This document shows, in pieces, positions 39,801 to 53,100 of a stretch of 64,000 bases of DNA. Every line of letters starts with the position of its first letter. The first letter of the stretch is position 1. A model generated the notes under the pieces. The model did no database searches and was not told the origin of the DNA. It saw only the letters and a program-made list of their open reading frames with translations. The DNA comes from Peribolospora baueri (lineage: Eukaryota). Where the stretch lies: positions 372,001 to 436,000 of the forward strand of contig JAMDHS010000004.1 of the NCBI GenBank assembly GCA_029717555.1. Direction: 5' to 3'. The position numbers were made by a program, and so were the translations under genes.

Positions 39801-42800
39801 TCTCCGGCGTTCCCCAGCCGTCGCGGTCCCAGTTCTTGAGGATGCGTTCGAGACGGGGCGAGGAGGTCTGGGCGATGATGCGCTCGGCGTAGTCCTTGGT
39901 GACCATGTATGGCTCCGCGGTGAGGTTGGGGATGTACTTGCCCTCCAGCGCGGCCGGGTCGATCTGCGTGGCATCGATCTTCCTCGAAAGATACTGACGG
40001 AAGGGATGGACGCCTCCCCAGAGGAACCTCGAGTGGAAGGGCACGTCGATGCCGGGTAGAGGGATGGTGGCGAATCCTCTCTGAAGGACGATGGTACCTT
40101 TGGCTTGCTCCTCGAGCGCCGCCGCGTAGATCGAACCGACGATTTCGGAGAGCTTCTCCCTGGCGTCCTCGACGCTCATGATCTCGGCCAGCTTGTTGAG
40201 GTCGATCTTTTGAATTTTGAGAAAGTTGAGCGTGTTGGACAAAGTGAGCAGGGTGAGGAGCTCGCCGGCAATGACGAGCTGCTGACCGGCGACGTTGTAA
40301 TTGACGATCTCGAGCAGCTTGTTGGTGGTGCGCGAGATGGTGTCGACGACTTCCTTGAGCGCGGCGTCGTTGAACCCGTTGCCGATCCTGCTCGGGTTGC
40401 ATGCCATCATGCCGTAAGAGGAGCGGCCTTGCTCGTCGCGCTGGACGGCGCGCTGCATGGTGAGACCGCGGAAGAAGACGACGTCGCAAAGGGCCGAGAT
40501 GGGCATCACGTCGGCGATCGAAGCCAGCGCGGCGTACTCTCCAAGCGAGTGTCCGGCGAACGCCGAGCCTTCCTGGATGAGACCCTTGTCCCTCATGTCC
40601 TCAAACGCAGCCTTTTCGGTGACCACGAGAGCGATCTGAGCGAACTGCGTGGCGTAAAGAAGACCGTTGGGCGAGTTGAAGGTGAACTCGTGCGTACGCA
40701 AATCGATCTCGGGGAAGAGCGGAAGGGTCTTGACGTTTCCGTGCTCGTCCATCGTCTGTGCGATGAAGGGAAAGAAGGGGAGTAAGCAGACCGACCGCGC
40801 GGACAGAGCGAAATGGGAGGGAAAAGAAAAGGGGCTCACGTCGTAAGTCATGTTCATGTACCGCTCACGAATGGCCTGACCCTTGAGGCCGCCAAAGTGA
40901 ATCGTCTTCTCCATCGGGTTGTTCTTGACGATATCGATGATCGAAAAGCCGTAGACCTCATCGAGGTGTGCGTCAGCCGTGTCCCAGATCGCCTTGGCGG
41001 TGGCCGAAGAGTTGTAGAGCTCCATGCCCATGTTAGGCTCCTGCGATCCCTGGCCCGTGAAGACGTACACCGTGGGCGGCTGAGCGACCTCGGCGGTGCC
41101 CTCGAGCACCTTTTCGCCGTTCTGGTTGAACGTCTCCACCTTGACCACCTTGTTGCCTCGTCTCATGGCGACGTGGGTGAGTTTGACTTTGAGCTCATCG
41201 GTGGGGAGAACCATGCCGACGAACGTCACCTGGTAGCTCAGCACGCGCTCCGGGCGGTTCTCCGCCACAACCGTCTCGACGAAACGCCTCGTCGCCGCGC
41301 TCGAGTAGAGGCCGTGGGTGATGGTGCCAGGAAGGAGGGCGTAGTCAGAAAAGTAAGGATTGACGTGGATCGGGTTGAAGTCGCCCGAGGTCTTGGAGTA
41401 GGGCTCATTGGAGATGGGAGCGAGAAAGTTCGAAGGCGACGCGTCTGAGGTGAGCGTGTAACCGCCGTTCTCGAGCATGATCTGCTCGTTGGTCACCTGC
41501 CCCTGACGCTTAAGATACTCCACCACGGGGTTGCCGAGCATGTCTCCCGATGACTCGAAATCGACCGCACCGACGCGGACGAGCTCTTTCTTGTAGTTGA
41601 GCACGTAGGCAGCGCCTTCGACGGTGACGGCCGAGAAGGTGGTCTTGTTCTTGTACTTTACGTTGGACCTCGTCTTGAAGATGAGCGTCGTGCCGGGGAC
41701 GAGCTTGCGATCGGGGGCCTCCCACTCGAACCACTCCTTCGAAGTCAGGACAGCGACGTCGGTCTTGGTCTTGAAAGTGAGTTTATAGTCGCTCTCGTCG
41801 ATCGTCTCGAAAGCGTTGCCATCGTCGTCGAAGCGACCGCGGAAGAAGAAGGCCGACGTGACCTCGATCACCGGCTTGCCGTCACGGAGAACAAAGCCCT
41901 TGACCTTGACCGTCTTGCCCGTCTCGCCGTTGACGACGGACGCGACGCGCGCCTCCGCCGTGCACTTGTCTCCCACCTTGAGCGGGCTCGCACCGTCGAC
42001 CATGCGAAAGCCGTTGGAAAGGTGGACGAGCTTGAGGATGTCGCCATCGATGGCCTTGGGGAAAATGGCCTTCATGATCGACTGCCAGCCGGTGACGATG
42101 GCAAAGTCCATGGGCGCCTGCATCTCTGCTCCCTTGCCCCTCTTGAAGCTCTCGCCCTGGTTGCCGACCACGCAGCAGAACGTCTCGACGGCGGCGGCGT
42201 CGATGGTCACCTCGGGGCTCTTGAACGTGTCGTGCAGCTCGAGCTCCGGCATCGTCTTCTCGCCGAACCAGAGCTGCCAATAGAACTGCTTGACGCGGTC
42301 GTTGCGGTCCTCGTACGCCTCGTGAATGGGAGCGTAAGCCATGTCGGGGCGGTATGTGAAGACGAGCTTGAGCGGCACGGCCTCGCCCCTGCGCTCCTCG
42401 TTCATGACCAGCGTGATCTCAGCCTTGGCGCAGTCGTATGTCACCTCGACGGCCTTGAAGTCGGCGGCGTGCTGACCGGCCGACCTGGCCGCGCCGGACA
42501 AGGCGATCGACACGGGCTCGTCGTGCGCGTCAGTGACCACCTCGACGGTTTGTCCGCGGCGGGGCGAGAACAGCCTCGCGAGCGGGTTGTTGACGTACGA
42601 GTCACCCTGCACGACGTTGACGGTGGTGAGTAGCGCGCGGAGCCAGCTGACCGACTTGCCAGAGAGGAGCTGCAGCCAGGCGTCGCGCGGAGGCAAGCGG
42701 TCTCCGAGAGCGTATCGGACGACCTTGGCGCCGTCGCACGCGTTCTCAGTCGAGACACGGACGTCATACTTGGTCACGAGCGAGTCGGCGCACACGGCCT

Positions 42801-45800
42801 TGACCTTCCTGATGAGGTAGTCCTCCATGGGGACCTTGGAGGCGTCGCCACCGTAATAGCGCTGGAGGAGCTTGTCGACGAGGGCCGACTCGACGTTGCC
42901 GAGCATGTCCTTGATCGGCTCGTCGGCGACCTTGGAGTGCTTAACGGCGACGGGGCCCTGAAGAATGCACACGCGCTGAGGGTCCTGGTCGAAAACGGCG
43001 TCCATGTCCTCGGCCTGCCAGAGCGAGTCCTTCTTAAACCATACCTCGAAGCCGGCGTCGAGGACGGGGATGAAAGGCACGGGCTTCTGACCGGGCCGCT
43101 GCGCGATGGCGAGGAAATACGCCTTGTCCTCGGAAGCGAGCAGCTGCTCCTTAGCCTCGGCGTACTCGGCGAAAAAGTCGTCGATGAACTTGGCGGGCTC
43201 CGCATCGAGGATGGAGTACGACTGGATCTTAGACGCCTTTGTGACGTAGCTGTTGATGCACGCAAAGCGCTCTTCGACGCGGCGGAGCCAGTCGCCGACG
43301 AGGTTGCGGAGCGAGACGTCGATCCAGCGCGACTGGTGAGAGACGTAGAGGAGCCTGAGCATGCGCGTGGTGACCTCTTCGTACGTCATTTCCGACACGT
43401 CGCCGGCCACCGAACCGTCGGCCTTGGCGGGGAACCACGGCTTCTGGAAGTCTTTGTTGAGCCTCGAGATGACGTAGTCCTTCTTCTCCTCCAGCCAAGC
43501 CGCGCGTTTCTCCCTGGGCAGGGCGAAGATGGTGTCGTCAAACTCGCGCCAAAGCTTAACGCCGCGGGTGGCGATCTTGTGGATCGGCTCTCCAAGCTCG
43601 GAGCGGACGGTGAGAATGCCACCGGTCTCGCGCTGGTAGGTACCCTCCCACTTGTCGTCGTTGACGCCTGAAGCAGCGACGATGAGCTGCTTGACCGAAG
43701 GGCTGGTGTGAGCCTCCTTGGCGACCATGACGCGCGAGGCGAAGAGGAGACCGTCAAAGGGCATGCGCTGCACGCCATACTGCGTCGCCCAGTCTCCAGT
43801 GAGGTAAGGCCAAAAGTCATCGGCGCCACCAAAGCCGGATCCAGCGACGAGCGAGATGTTCTTCTGAGAGCGGATCGAAGCGTAGGTCGAAAGGATGGGC
43901 TGGTGGAAGTCCTCGCAGCTGTGGTGACCTCCGGCACGGCCACCGGTCCATTGCAGAATGATGGGAAAGTCTGAGTTGGTGGCGGCGATGTTGACGACCT
44001 GACGAATGCCGTCGACAGAGCCGGGCTTGAAGGAGACGTGCTTGATGCCGGCCTCGCGAAGGGCAGAGATGACCTCGGTGGCCTTTTCGGCGCTGGGGAT
44101 ACCCGCAGCGACGCAGAAGCCCTCGATGGGAAGGCCCTCCTTGCGCATCTGGATCCACTCGGGGAACTGGAAGCCCCACTGGCGCTGGTTGATGTACAGT
44201 GCGTTGAGGGTGAGACCCTGGCCGGGTTGGATCTTGGACTCGATGTCGGCGACCTTGGCACGAAGCGCCTTGGCGTTATAGTGGCCGCCGCCGGCCAGCT
44301 CGATGTGGTAGCCGGCGTTGAGGACGGCGGCGTTGAAGCCCGCTTGCACAGTCGACGGCGTCATTCCGGCGACCATGATGGGTGCCTTACCGAGAAGACG
44401 CGCGAAGGGCGTGTCGATGCGGATGCGGCCGTCCTTGGTCTTGACCAGGGCGGGACTCCAGGCGTCTGTCCAATTGTCCTCTCGCTTGACCTCGTTGGCG
44501 TCGTAGAGCTCGTAGCTGTTGACGTGAAGCCCGCTGGGGATGAGCGTCCTCACTCCGCGGCCTTCGAGGTTGCGGGCGGTGAGACCGCCGATGCCGCTCA
44601 GACCGCCGGGGCCGAAATCGATGGCGTGAGTGGCCGTCGGTGGGTAGTCGGTGGCCGCCTTCCAGTGAATGGGAGAGGTGAAGATCTGATCGCACAGCGA
44701 GGCCGTCAAGCTGTTGAGGGACTGACGGAGGTCGGAGCCGTCGTCCGTCTTGTACACGGTGATCTGGAGCTGCTCCACGGTCCAGAGCTCCTTGCCTCCC
44801 AGGTCTTGCTCGACGACCTTCTGAGTCGCGCCCAGGAGGTAGTCGGAGTGATAAGGCACGCCGACGGGCAAGAAGCGCATGTTGAACACGGGCTTGCGCT
44901 TGGAGAAGGGTGTCTTACTCTGGTCGAGGTCAGAGGGGGCGCGCACGCTCCTGAGGCTGCTGACGAGGCCGAAAAGAGCCTTGGGCGGGCCCGTGACGAT
45001 GAGGTTGCGGGGGCCGTTAAAGAGGCGGATGGCGATCTGCGAGTCGCCGGGGAGGTGCTTGTTGGTGGCGTCAATGTGCTTCTGCAGCGCCGGCTCGAAG
45101 AGGCCGGTGACGGACAGCATGGGCGTGGGGACGCCCTCGCCGCCCTCCACGGCGTCGGAGACGATCGACGGCTCGATCGAGGTGGTGGGGAAGGCCTCCT
45201 GTCCACGAAGACCGATGTAGAAGAGCAGCTCGACGCCCTTCATGGCGTTGAGGAGGAAATCGTCCATGGAGTTCGAAGTAGAGAGAACGACGGCAGAGAC
45301 GACGCCCTGCGAGTGGCCAGTGACGCCGTTGATCGCGTCGCGGAACGAGCCCGGGTTGGCGAAGCCCAAGGCGCGAACGGCAACGAGGTATTGAGTGAGC
45401 TGGGTGAGTCCGATCAGAGGCAAGCTGAGAGGAATGCTGGCAAGGTATGAGACTGGAGGGCGCGGCACGGCGCCAGAGAGCCAGCCGAGGGCGTCGAGGC
45501 CATATGTGTAGAACGAGCTAAAGCCGTTTTGCTGAGCCTTCTCGGCGTGAGGAACAAGAACCTCGTACGTGGCCTTGGTGAGGAACTCGTTTACGAAGGG
45601 TTTGTAGGTGTCGTACAGTGTCTGGAGCTCGTCAAAGTACACCTAAGGGAAACCAAATAAAGGTTGAAGGTTTGGCCAGCGGTTGTGAGAGGAAACCAGG
45701 CCGTGAGGATTCAAGGGACGAGGAATGCGCTCACCTCATTCGAGCCCTGGCCTCCAAAAAGAGCATAAATCTCGGTGCTTCCTTTGCTCTGCTCCTGGAA

Positions 45801-46409
45801 GAGCTTGGACATGGGGGTCTTGGGCACGTCTGCGTCGTCGAAGCCGACCATGTCCTTGGCGACGACGCTGTTAAGGGCATCGAGGGCAGCGTAGTAGCCC
45901 TTGAGGACGTGCTTGCGAGCTGCGACGTCGAGATGCTTGGAGGCGAAGGTCTGGACGTCCGTGGCGTTTTGCGCAGAAGAAGCGAGGAAGGCACGGTGGA
46001 AGTGCTGGAAGACGGAGAGGAGGACGGTGGGCTTACGGCTGGTGGCATTGGCGCCGGAGGCGGCGTCGGCTACAACCTGGCGGGCGATGAAATCGAGGAA
46101 CTTTGCGACGAGCTCCGCCTGACCGGCGAGGGCGTCGACATCGGCACTTTCCTCACCGATGGCCTCCTCGGCATCGACGATGTTGAACTCGGAGGGGTTC
46201 CTGGAGACCTCATAGACGAACTGCTCGCGCAGGACGTCGGCGGCGACCCACGCTTCGGAGGGCTGGGCGGCAACAGGGATGGAGACGCGGACGAAGCCGA
46301 CGGAGAGAACGAGGGGCCTCATGAAGACACCGGCGGCGGCGGCGGCGGCAGCGTGGGTGTTGGGCGCAGAAATGTTGGAAAAAGAGGTGGAGGACGCGTC
46401 GGAGGCCAT
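33875..46409 (-). CDS. FAS: Single-chain fungal type I fatty acid synthase (AT-ER-DH-MPT-ACP-KR-KS-PPT in one gene)
   Basis: AT GHSQG; ER GGRAGGHHSCED; DH SGDFNPIH...THG; MPT GHSLGEY; one ACP GGKSTMQNEILGDL; KR LTGVGKGSIG and YSESK; KS PVGACATA, HGTST, GHTKG; PPT GVDIE...AAKEAVFK...ISH. Small exons at ~38498-37897 splice in frame across the ACP-KR junction (DALILYHDILFGRL...ITQRCIQIMNRASPELLTYMQVYIHRTD). Confidence 0.97.
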
Positions 46410-47464
46410 GTTGGCGCTCGTTCGCACGTCGTCGAAGAAGGGTTGTAGACGCAGAGCGCAGAGGCGGAGCTCTTTCGATGAAAGTTTTCTAGGGTGGTAG
46501 AGAGGGCGAGAGGCGGCGACGTAGAAGAAGCGAGCTGGGAGTGCGAGTTGGGGAGCGTCGCCTGGACCGGTGAGATCGATGTTCTAGGGTGTGTTCCACC
46601 GATCCTGTCCGTGACGAGAATGCGCGAAGGGATGAAGATAAGGGAGACGGGTGTGAGCTGCGACGCTTTGGGCGAGGCGGGGGAGGCCCGAGCGCGAGCA
46701 GGTGGGTTGGACGAGTGGGAATAGACGTCCGGAGGCGGAGCGGTGGTGGTGGTCGCTCGGCTCGACACGACACACGACTCGGCTCGACTCGGTGGCGGAG
46801 GGGAGAGAGATGGTGGTGGAGAAGGAGGAGGGGGTCACGTTGAGTAGCGCCGAGCCGAGTTCTTGCTGCCTGCTTATTCCTTGCTGGCACTGCCGTCGTC
46901 GACAACGCCGTCCACTCTCATTCTTCCCTTCCCTTTCCTTCCTTGTCCCCCACGCCGGCGAGAAGGAGACATGTTGGGGTCCTCCCAATCCCAAGCGCTG
47001 CGGCAACATCATTCCAAAAATTCGCCGCCCAGCCAGCCCACCAACACCCGCTCGCCATCTCGCTGCCCACCGCCAGCAGCCAGGAGCCGGCCGATGGCAC
47101 TCCTGTGAGCCCACCCGGCTCGCCCACGATGACTGGCCGCTGTGCATAGGTCTGCTCTGAGCGACACACAGCGCCCTCTCCCGCTGCCCGCCCATCTCAC
47201 ACCCCGGCGCCGTCTTCGAGGACGCGGCGGAATGCGGGCCCGCTGTGCCCAACACGGAGGGGAGGGTGCCGCAGTTGTCGGGAAGCTTGGAGGGACGACG
47301 ACCACGCGCTGCGGCCGCGGTTTTGGGGTCACCCGCTCGTCTCCGAAGCGGGCGCCTTGGGACGGCACCGAGCTGGACACGCCCCGACCTGACCGCAGCA
47401 GCGTCGTCGACACCACCACCATTCTTCTCGTCACTCGCTCGCCTACGATAAGATAAGCACGGCC

Positions 47465-48848
47465 ATGGCTGCATGTCACTCATGCGCTCGCGCACTCGAG
47501 TGGGGTAAGACAGCGGGCGCGAGGGCGGTCAGGCCCGCTGCGAGCGCTCGCTCCTTCCTCTTCGTCTTGTCGGTGAGCACTCAGTCGTCCGACGCCTTCG
47601 TCGTTAGACACCCGTCGTCGTCCGTCGCACCGATCAGGCTCGTCTCTTCTGATCGTCATCTTTCCTCCCTCACTCTGTGTTCTCTTTGGCTGTTTCAGGG
47701 GCGGAGAGCAACGACGGCGACGCCACGCCCTCCCGCTTCCTCCCTCCGACTCTACTCCTCCACCTCCACCTCTCGCCCTCGCTCATCCTTCCCGCTTTGT
47801 CTTTCCCGCAATCTCTCCTCCACACCATCCTCATCCACCTCAGTACCCCCTCCCTCCTCCTCCTCGTCCGCCTCGGGAGGGGCGCATATCGCGGCTGCGA
47901 GAGCCGCGTTCGAGCGCAAGAAGAGGGAGACGTTCAAGCTTAGGAACAGGAGTCTCATGCTGTATACGCTCGCCGTGGTGCGTGCGAGCGACCAGTTCGA
48001 GCTAGGCCGTCCCAAGGACATGACCCCTCAACTTCTCGCCGGTTTGTCTTTTTTTTTCTTCGCCTTCCTTCCCCTTCCCGCGCACAGGGCATAGCCGGCA
48101 TCGGCATCACGTACGCCGCCGTGCCTCTCTACCGCGCCTTCTGCTCCGCCACGGGCTACTCGGGCACTCCCATGACCGACCCGTCCCGCTACTCGCCCGA
48201 CCGCTACGTGCCCACGCCCACCCGCACGGGCCGCAGGATACGCGTGCGCTTCAACGCCGACGCCAGCGACAGCATCCCCTGGAGCTTCACGCCGCAGCAG
48301 AAGGAGGTCCGCGTCTTGCCCGGCGAGACCGCGCTGGCGTTCTACACGGCGAGGAACGACGGCCCGAAGGACATCATCGGCATCGCCACCTACAACGTCA
48401 CCCCGGAGCAGGTGAGCCCAGTCGAGAGCGGCGGAGGCTGGCTGTTTTGCTGAGCCGCGCATCTCGTCCTTGTCTTCCATGTCCGCGCTCCACTCGAACA
48501 GGTCGCGCCCTATTTCAGCAAGATCGAGTGCTGTGCGTTCCCTCCCTTTCCGTTTGTGTCGCGTCGTCCAACGACCGTCCTCCTCTTCCTTCGGTCTTCT
48601 CTTCCTCTAACGCCCCTTCTCCCCCGTCCCCCGCAGTCTGCTTCGAAGAACAAAGACTATTGGCAAACGAAGAAGTAGACCTACCGGTCTTCTTCTTCAT
48701 CGACAAGGACATTGTCGAAGATCCGCTCATGAAGGACGTCGAGGACGTTATCCTCTCCTACACCTTTTTTAGCGCCAAAAGGAACGAAAAGACGGGTTTC
48801 CTTGAGCCGAATACGAATTTGGCTGAGTATAGGGTTGGCAAGGATTGA
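47465..48848 (+). CDS. COX11: Cytochrome c oxidase copper chaperone Cox11; multi-exon
   Basis: YAAVPLYRAFCSATG, RVRFNAD, PWSFTPQQKEVRVLPGETALAFY, GIATYNVTP, YFSKIECFCFEEQRL (CFC split by an intron), VDLPVFFFID, LSYTFF. The 5' end is approximate. Confidence 0.95.
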
Positions 48849-50198
48849 GTCTGACTGGCTGGCTGGCTGGATGGGTGGGTGGGTGGATGGGTGCGGTGGG
48901 GTGGGGTGTTGTGCGCGGCTGCGAGTAGAGAGGGAGGAAGGGTTGGGGCGGAGTGGTTGCGCGGGTGTACGTCATTGTGTTTCCGTCGCACGTCGAACCT
49001 CCCAGAGCTTTGGTAACATGCATCCATGCGTTGTCGTCCATCCACCATCCAGCCCGTGCGATCGCCGGGAGAGAGACGTGGATGACGGCGTGGAAGGAGG
49101 GAGGGAGCAGTGTGACCGGAGTACTGATCGACACTGCCGCCCGCTCCCCTCGCCCATCTTCCCCCCTCTCCGCTCTCCTTCCACTCCTCAAGCCGCCCTC
49201 GTCGTGATGACCCTTCAGCCACCCATGCACGCCGTCTCGGAAATGAAAGGGGGGAGGGGGCCTAAGTGACTCGTTCTAGCGACGAACCGCCCAGGAAAAA
49301 AAGCCGTTCGTCAACGTCGAGCTCCTGCATCACCCATATCTCTTTTTTTTTGATGAGGATCGCACCCGACTCACCCGTTCACGCCCGCAGATTTGGCTTT
49401 GACACCAGAAGCTCGCCCCGTCTACGCTAAGCTAGCCCGCATCCAAAAAGCTCGTCGACGGAAGCGCCGTCCCTCCTGGTCGGCTGGCCGGCTGACCCCG
49501 CCCAACGAGGAGGGACGGTGCTGGTACGCGCAAACGCTGGCGAGGCGCATCTAATCTCCACCGCCGTGGGGCGGGGGGGGGAGGGGGGTGGGGGAAGAGA
49601 CGAGGAAGGAAGAAGGCGAGCGAAGGTTTGCCCGCGGTCGCATCCCTACCTTCGATGGATGGATAGATGGATGGCCGGCTGATCGTCGCACAGGTCGCAC
49701 ACACATCGTACTGTTTGTTTATTTGTTCTCCCAGTGCGAGGCGAGGCGAGGCGCGTCTGACGTCGTTGACGAGACCTGAACACGTCACGACGCTGAAGAC
49801 CAGACGGGGCCCCGACGTCCGAACCCGAACCCGAAGCCGTCCACGTCTACGTCCTTGTCAAGCGGGCAAGAGTCCCGCACGTACGCACGTACGTATGTAT
49901 GTATTTCACAATCTTACTTCGACGAGTTTGATGAACGAGATCGAGGAAAGGGCGCGCGTCGCGTGACCGCAAAGAGAAAGAAGCAAACCAAACGAAAGAC
50001 AAACGCGACGGGGGGAATGTGTGGAGGAGGAATGTGTAAAAGGTAACGAATGTGATTGGGTAAAAAAACCTCCGGAGGGGGTAACGAGAACTCGATAGCG
50101 TGATATTTGTAAGGTATCGGGAAAGGCATGGATCCCTGATCAACCTCTTCCGAAACTTGTCCTCTTCCTCCTTTCCTCGCATCCTCCTCGCTTTCTTC

Positions 50199-53100
50199 TC
50201 ACACCACCTCGACAGCTTCGGCGCCGACGACGTTGACGCCACCAGCAAGCCCTCCGGACGCCCTCCTCGCGCCGCCTCCGCCGAGAATGCGCACGGCGAC
50301 GGCCTTGATCGGCCTGAGCCGCCCCCGTCCCGCGGAAGCCGAGGGTGTCCCTCCGTCGTCCGTACCGCTGTTGCCTCGCACCGGGTCGTAGAGCACCGTG
50401 CCCGTGCGCCCGGCAACGAGTCGCGCTGGGGCGGTCGAGTTGCGTTGACGGGAGACGTGCCGTGCCGTAGGATACGTAACACAGAAGGGGGCGTTCAGCA
50501 TGCGTTCAGGAGGTCCGACACGATGCCCCAGAAGGGCCGAGGAACAGAGTAAGGGACGAAACGAGTCGCCCTTCCTTCCACACTCACCGGTAGGACGGAT
50601 CTCTCTCCACTTCTCCATTCCCCAGAAGATCGAGCTGCGTCGCTTGTCCTTGTCCGTCGACGGCGTGCTCTCGTCGGTCTTTTCAGGCGAAGAGGAGGCC
50701 GCGACGGCGGTGCAGGTGGAAGAAGTGGCGGCGGAGCGGCCGGAGAAGGAGGATGAGGAGGAGAGGACGGAAGCGGATGGGAGGATGCGCCGCCCACCGC
50801 GGATCCACCTTGACGCTCTGCGTACCGGCTTCTCGACGGCGGCGGTAGCGTCGGACGATCCTATCCCCGACGCTTCGACTGGCGACGAGACCGTCTGCGC
50901 AGGCGGCGCATCCTCCGACGCAACCAACCCTTGCGAAAGGTCCTCCGGGAAGACGACCTTTGAAAAGACGACCTGGCCGACTGCAAGGCGGGCATGTCAA
51001 CGCGAACGCGAGGGCAGGATGGACACGGTGAGCCGGACGAAAACAAAAGCGCCGAAACAAGTCCAACCGCCTAAGTGCACGACGTCGCGAGCGCACCAAA
51101 CTCACAGCCATCTGCGTCTCTCTCCACTCTGGCCAACTTGTCTGCTCTCGCATTGACGAGTTCCCGTAGGCCGTCAAAGTCCCGAACGGTGCAATGAATA
51201 CCCTACAGAGCGGAGAAGAGGGAGAAAGGTCGACAACAAAGTCGGATGAGATGGGACATGAAAGCGAACGAAGCAAGGACGGCCTGACATGGAGGAACTG
51301 ACCTCGAGCAGGCGAAGGAGGTCGTCGTCGGTGGCGATGGACACTTGGACGAGAGGGTCGGACTGGCCAGATGAGAAGAGAGAGGGCCGGGCCGGTCCGG
51401 CGCGACGGGTAGGCGAGATCAGCTCAGCCCGCCCACCAAGCCAGCCGGGCGAGTCTTGGACCGGCGTTGACAAATAAACGCACCTCGAAGATCCATTCGT
51501 GCAACAAGTCGAGCGGATCGAGTCCCTTCCTCGAGCCCTGACACGGTTTCGAACCATGCGCCTCAGCGCCCTCGCCCTCGTTAACCGGAACCTTGGGCCC
51601 GCCCTGCGACTCCTCGTCCGGCCCTCTATCCGGATCCCTGGGACCGGCGGCCGCCTCAAACTTTGGGTGGCCGATAAGGCGTTCCTTGGCCGCTACGGGT
51701 TGTAGCGTCGAAAGGGTTGTGAAACAGGAAGGAAGAGGAAGGTGGATAAGTCTCGATGGATAACCGACGAGGAAGAAGGAGAGTATCGGAAGAAAAACAA
51801 ATACCCACTGATCCTTCGGATAATGATAGACTCAGTGGGCGGGTAAGCTAAACAGAGGGATCACGGACGCGGATGCGGACGCCAATGGGGGAGGTGAGCA
51901 AACCGGAATGGACTGGTGAGCAAGACCGCCCGTGCGGCCGGTCGCACTCACGGTTCTCCAGCATCAACTCCCGCTGAGCGTTGCCGCCATGACGGTTCTC
52001 GCAATCAACGTCCATGCGGTCTGGTCCGACGTCCGCAATGCCTCCACCACCACCGCCGCCTCCGCCCGTCATGCCGAAGCAGTCGCCGCCGCCACCGCCG
52101 TCCCCCCCGCCCACGCCCACGCCGATGCCCAGCCAGCTCCGTTCGGAGCCTTGAGGGCCTTGGCGGCCCAAAGTGCCGTCCGTCCGCGGCAGAGGAACCG
52201 ATGACCCATTTCGGGGTCCATGTTGGGAAACCGCTGGCGAACGAGCGGAGCACGGAGAGGTGATCAGTCCGACAAAAACCGAGACCCATTTCACATTCAC
52301 ACGCTGTTTACTCCGCTGACGGTTGCGCTGTCGTCGACGACAACCACGAGGCCGTCGGTCACTCACGCCGATACGGGCCCCTCTGACTCGCCGTACAAGC
52401 CGTCTTCCAATCTCCCCACACGCCCGTCCGTGCAATGTTGCTGAAGACTTGAAACTCGAAGTGCGCGCCGATGCGCGTCTCCCGGTTGACGGCAACGGCC
52501 CAATCGGAGACCCTGTCCATGCCATAGATGAACGCGTAATCGTCTAGCTCTAGGTCTTCCGCCAAGCCGTACTTAGGGAGAGAGCGAGGAACGTGAGGAG
52601 GCGATCCACGTGGTCAGCATGCCCGTGGAGTCTGCTTCCTTCTCCGGGTGACCGCCGCAAGCAAGCTCACGTGGCGGTGGATCCATCTCCGATGGTTCTT
52701 GAAATAAGTCTGGCGTGTGTGCGCAGGAGAGATAGCATTGAAGGATGTCAGCAACCACCCCATCCGCCGGCGGTCGATCGGAGACGCACCTTCAACACGC
52801 CCACATGCTTGAGCACGACCCTTTCGGTCGGTTCTCTAGGGACGAGCAGCGCGCCGTCACCGCCGGAGCTCTCGAACTTGAACACTGCTCCGACGGGCAC
52901 GCCGGCCGTGGAGGCGTCCGCGCCGGCGGAGAAACCGAGGAAGCGGAAGGAAGTGGACGTGCGGGAGCCTAGGGAGAACAGCTGTGGGGCGGCGAGGCGG
53001 CGGGGAAGGAACGAAGAAGACGGAGGTGTGGTGAGGAGATGGAGAAGCGAAACGCATGCAAGGGGGGCGCCACTGCTTCTCTCGCCGGCGGCAAGCTCAC

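Noticed and set aside
34150..45450. Long + strand ORFs (34150-35232, 36160-37842, 44038-45450 and others)
   Set aside because: These are antisense shadows of the codon-biased, GC3-rich FAS gene and have no protein motifs.
100..46409. Ustilagic-acid-type glycolipid cluster (Rua1 regulator plus FAS)
   Set aside because: The two genes are ~31 kb apart and separated by housekeeping genes (RFC5, POP5, ENV7). No P450, glycosyltransferase, acyltransferase or ABC exporter is present, and Rua1_C domains occur in many unrelated regulators.
24576..46409. Lipid-metabolism cluster (esterase, epoxide hydrolase, FAS)
   Set aside because: The epoxide hydrolase appears frameshifted and inserted, the FAS looks housekeeping, and nothing in the sequence indicates co-regulation.
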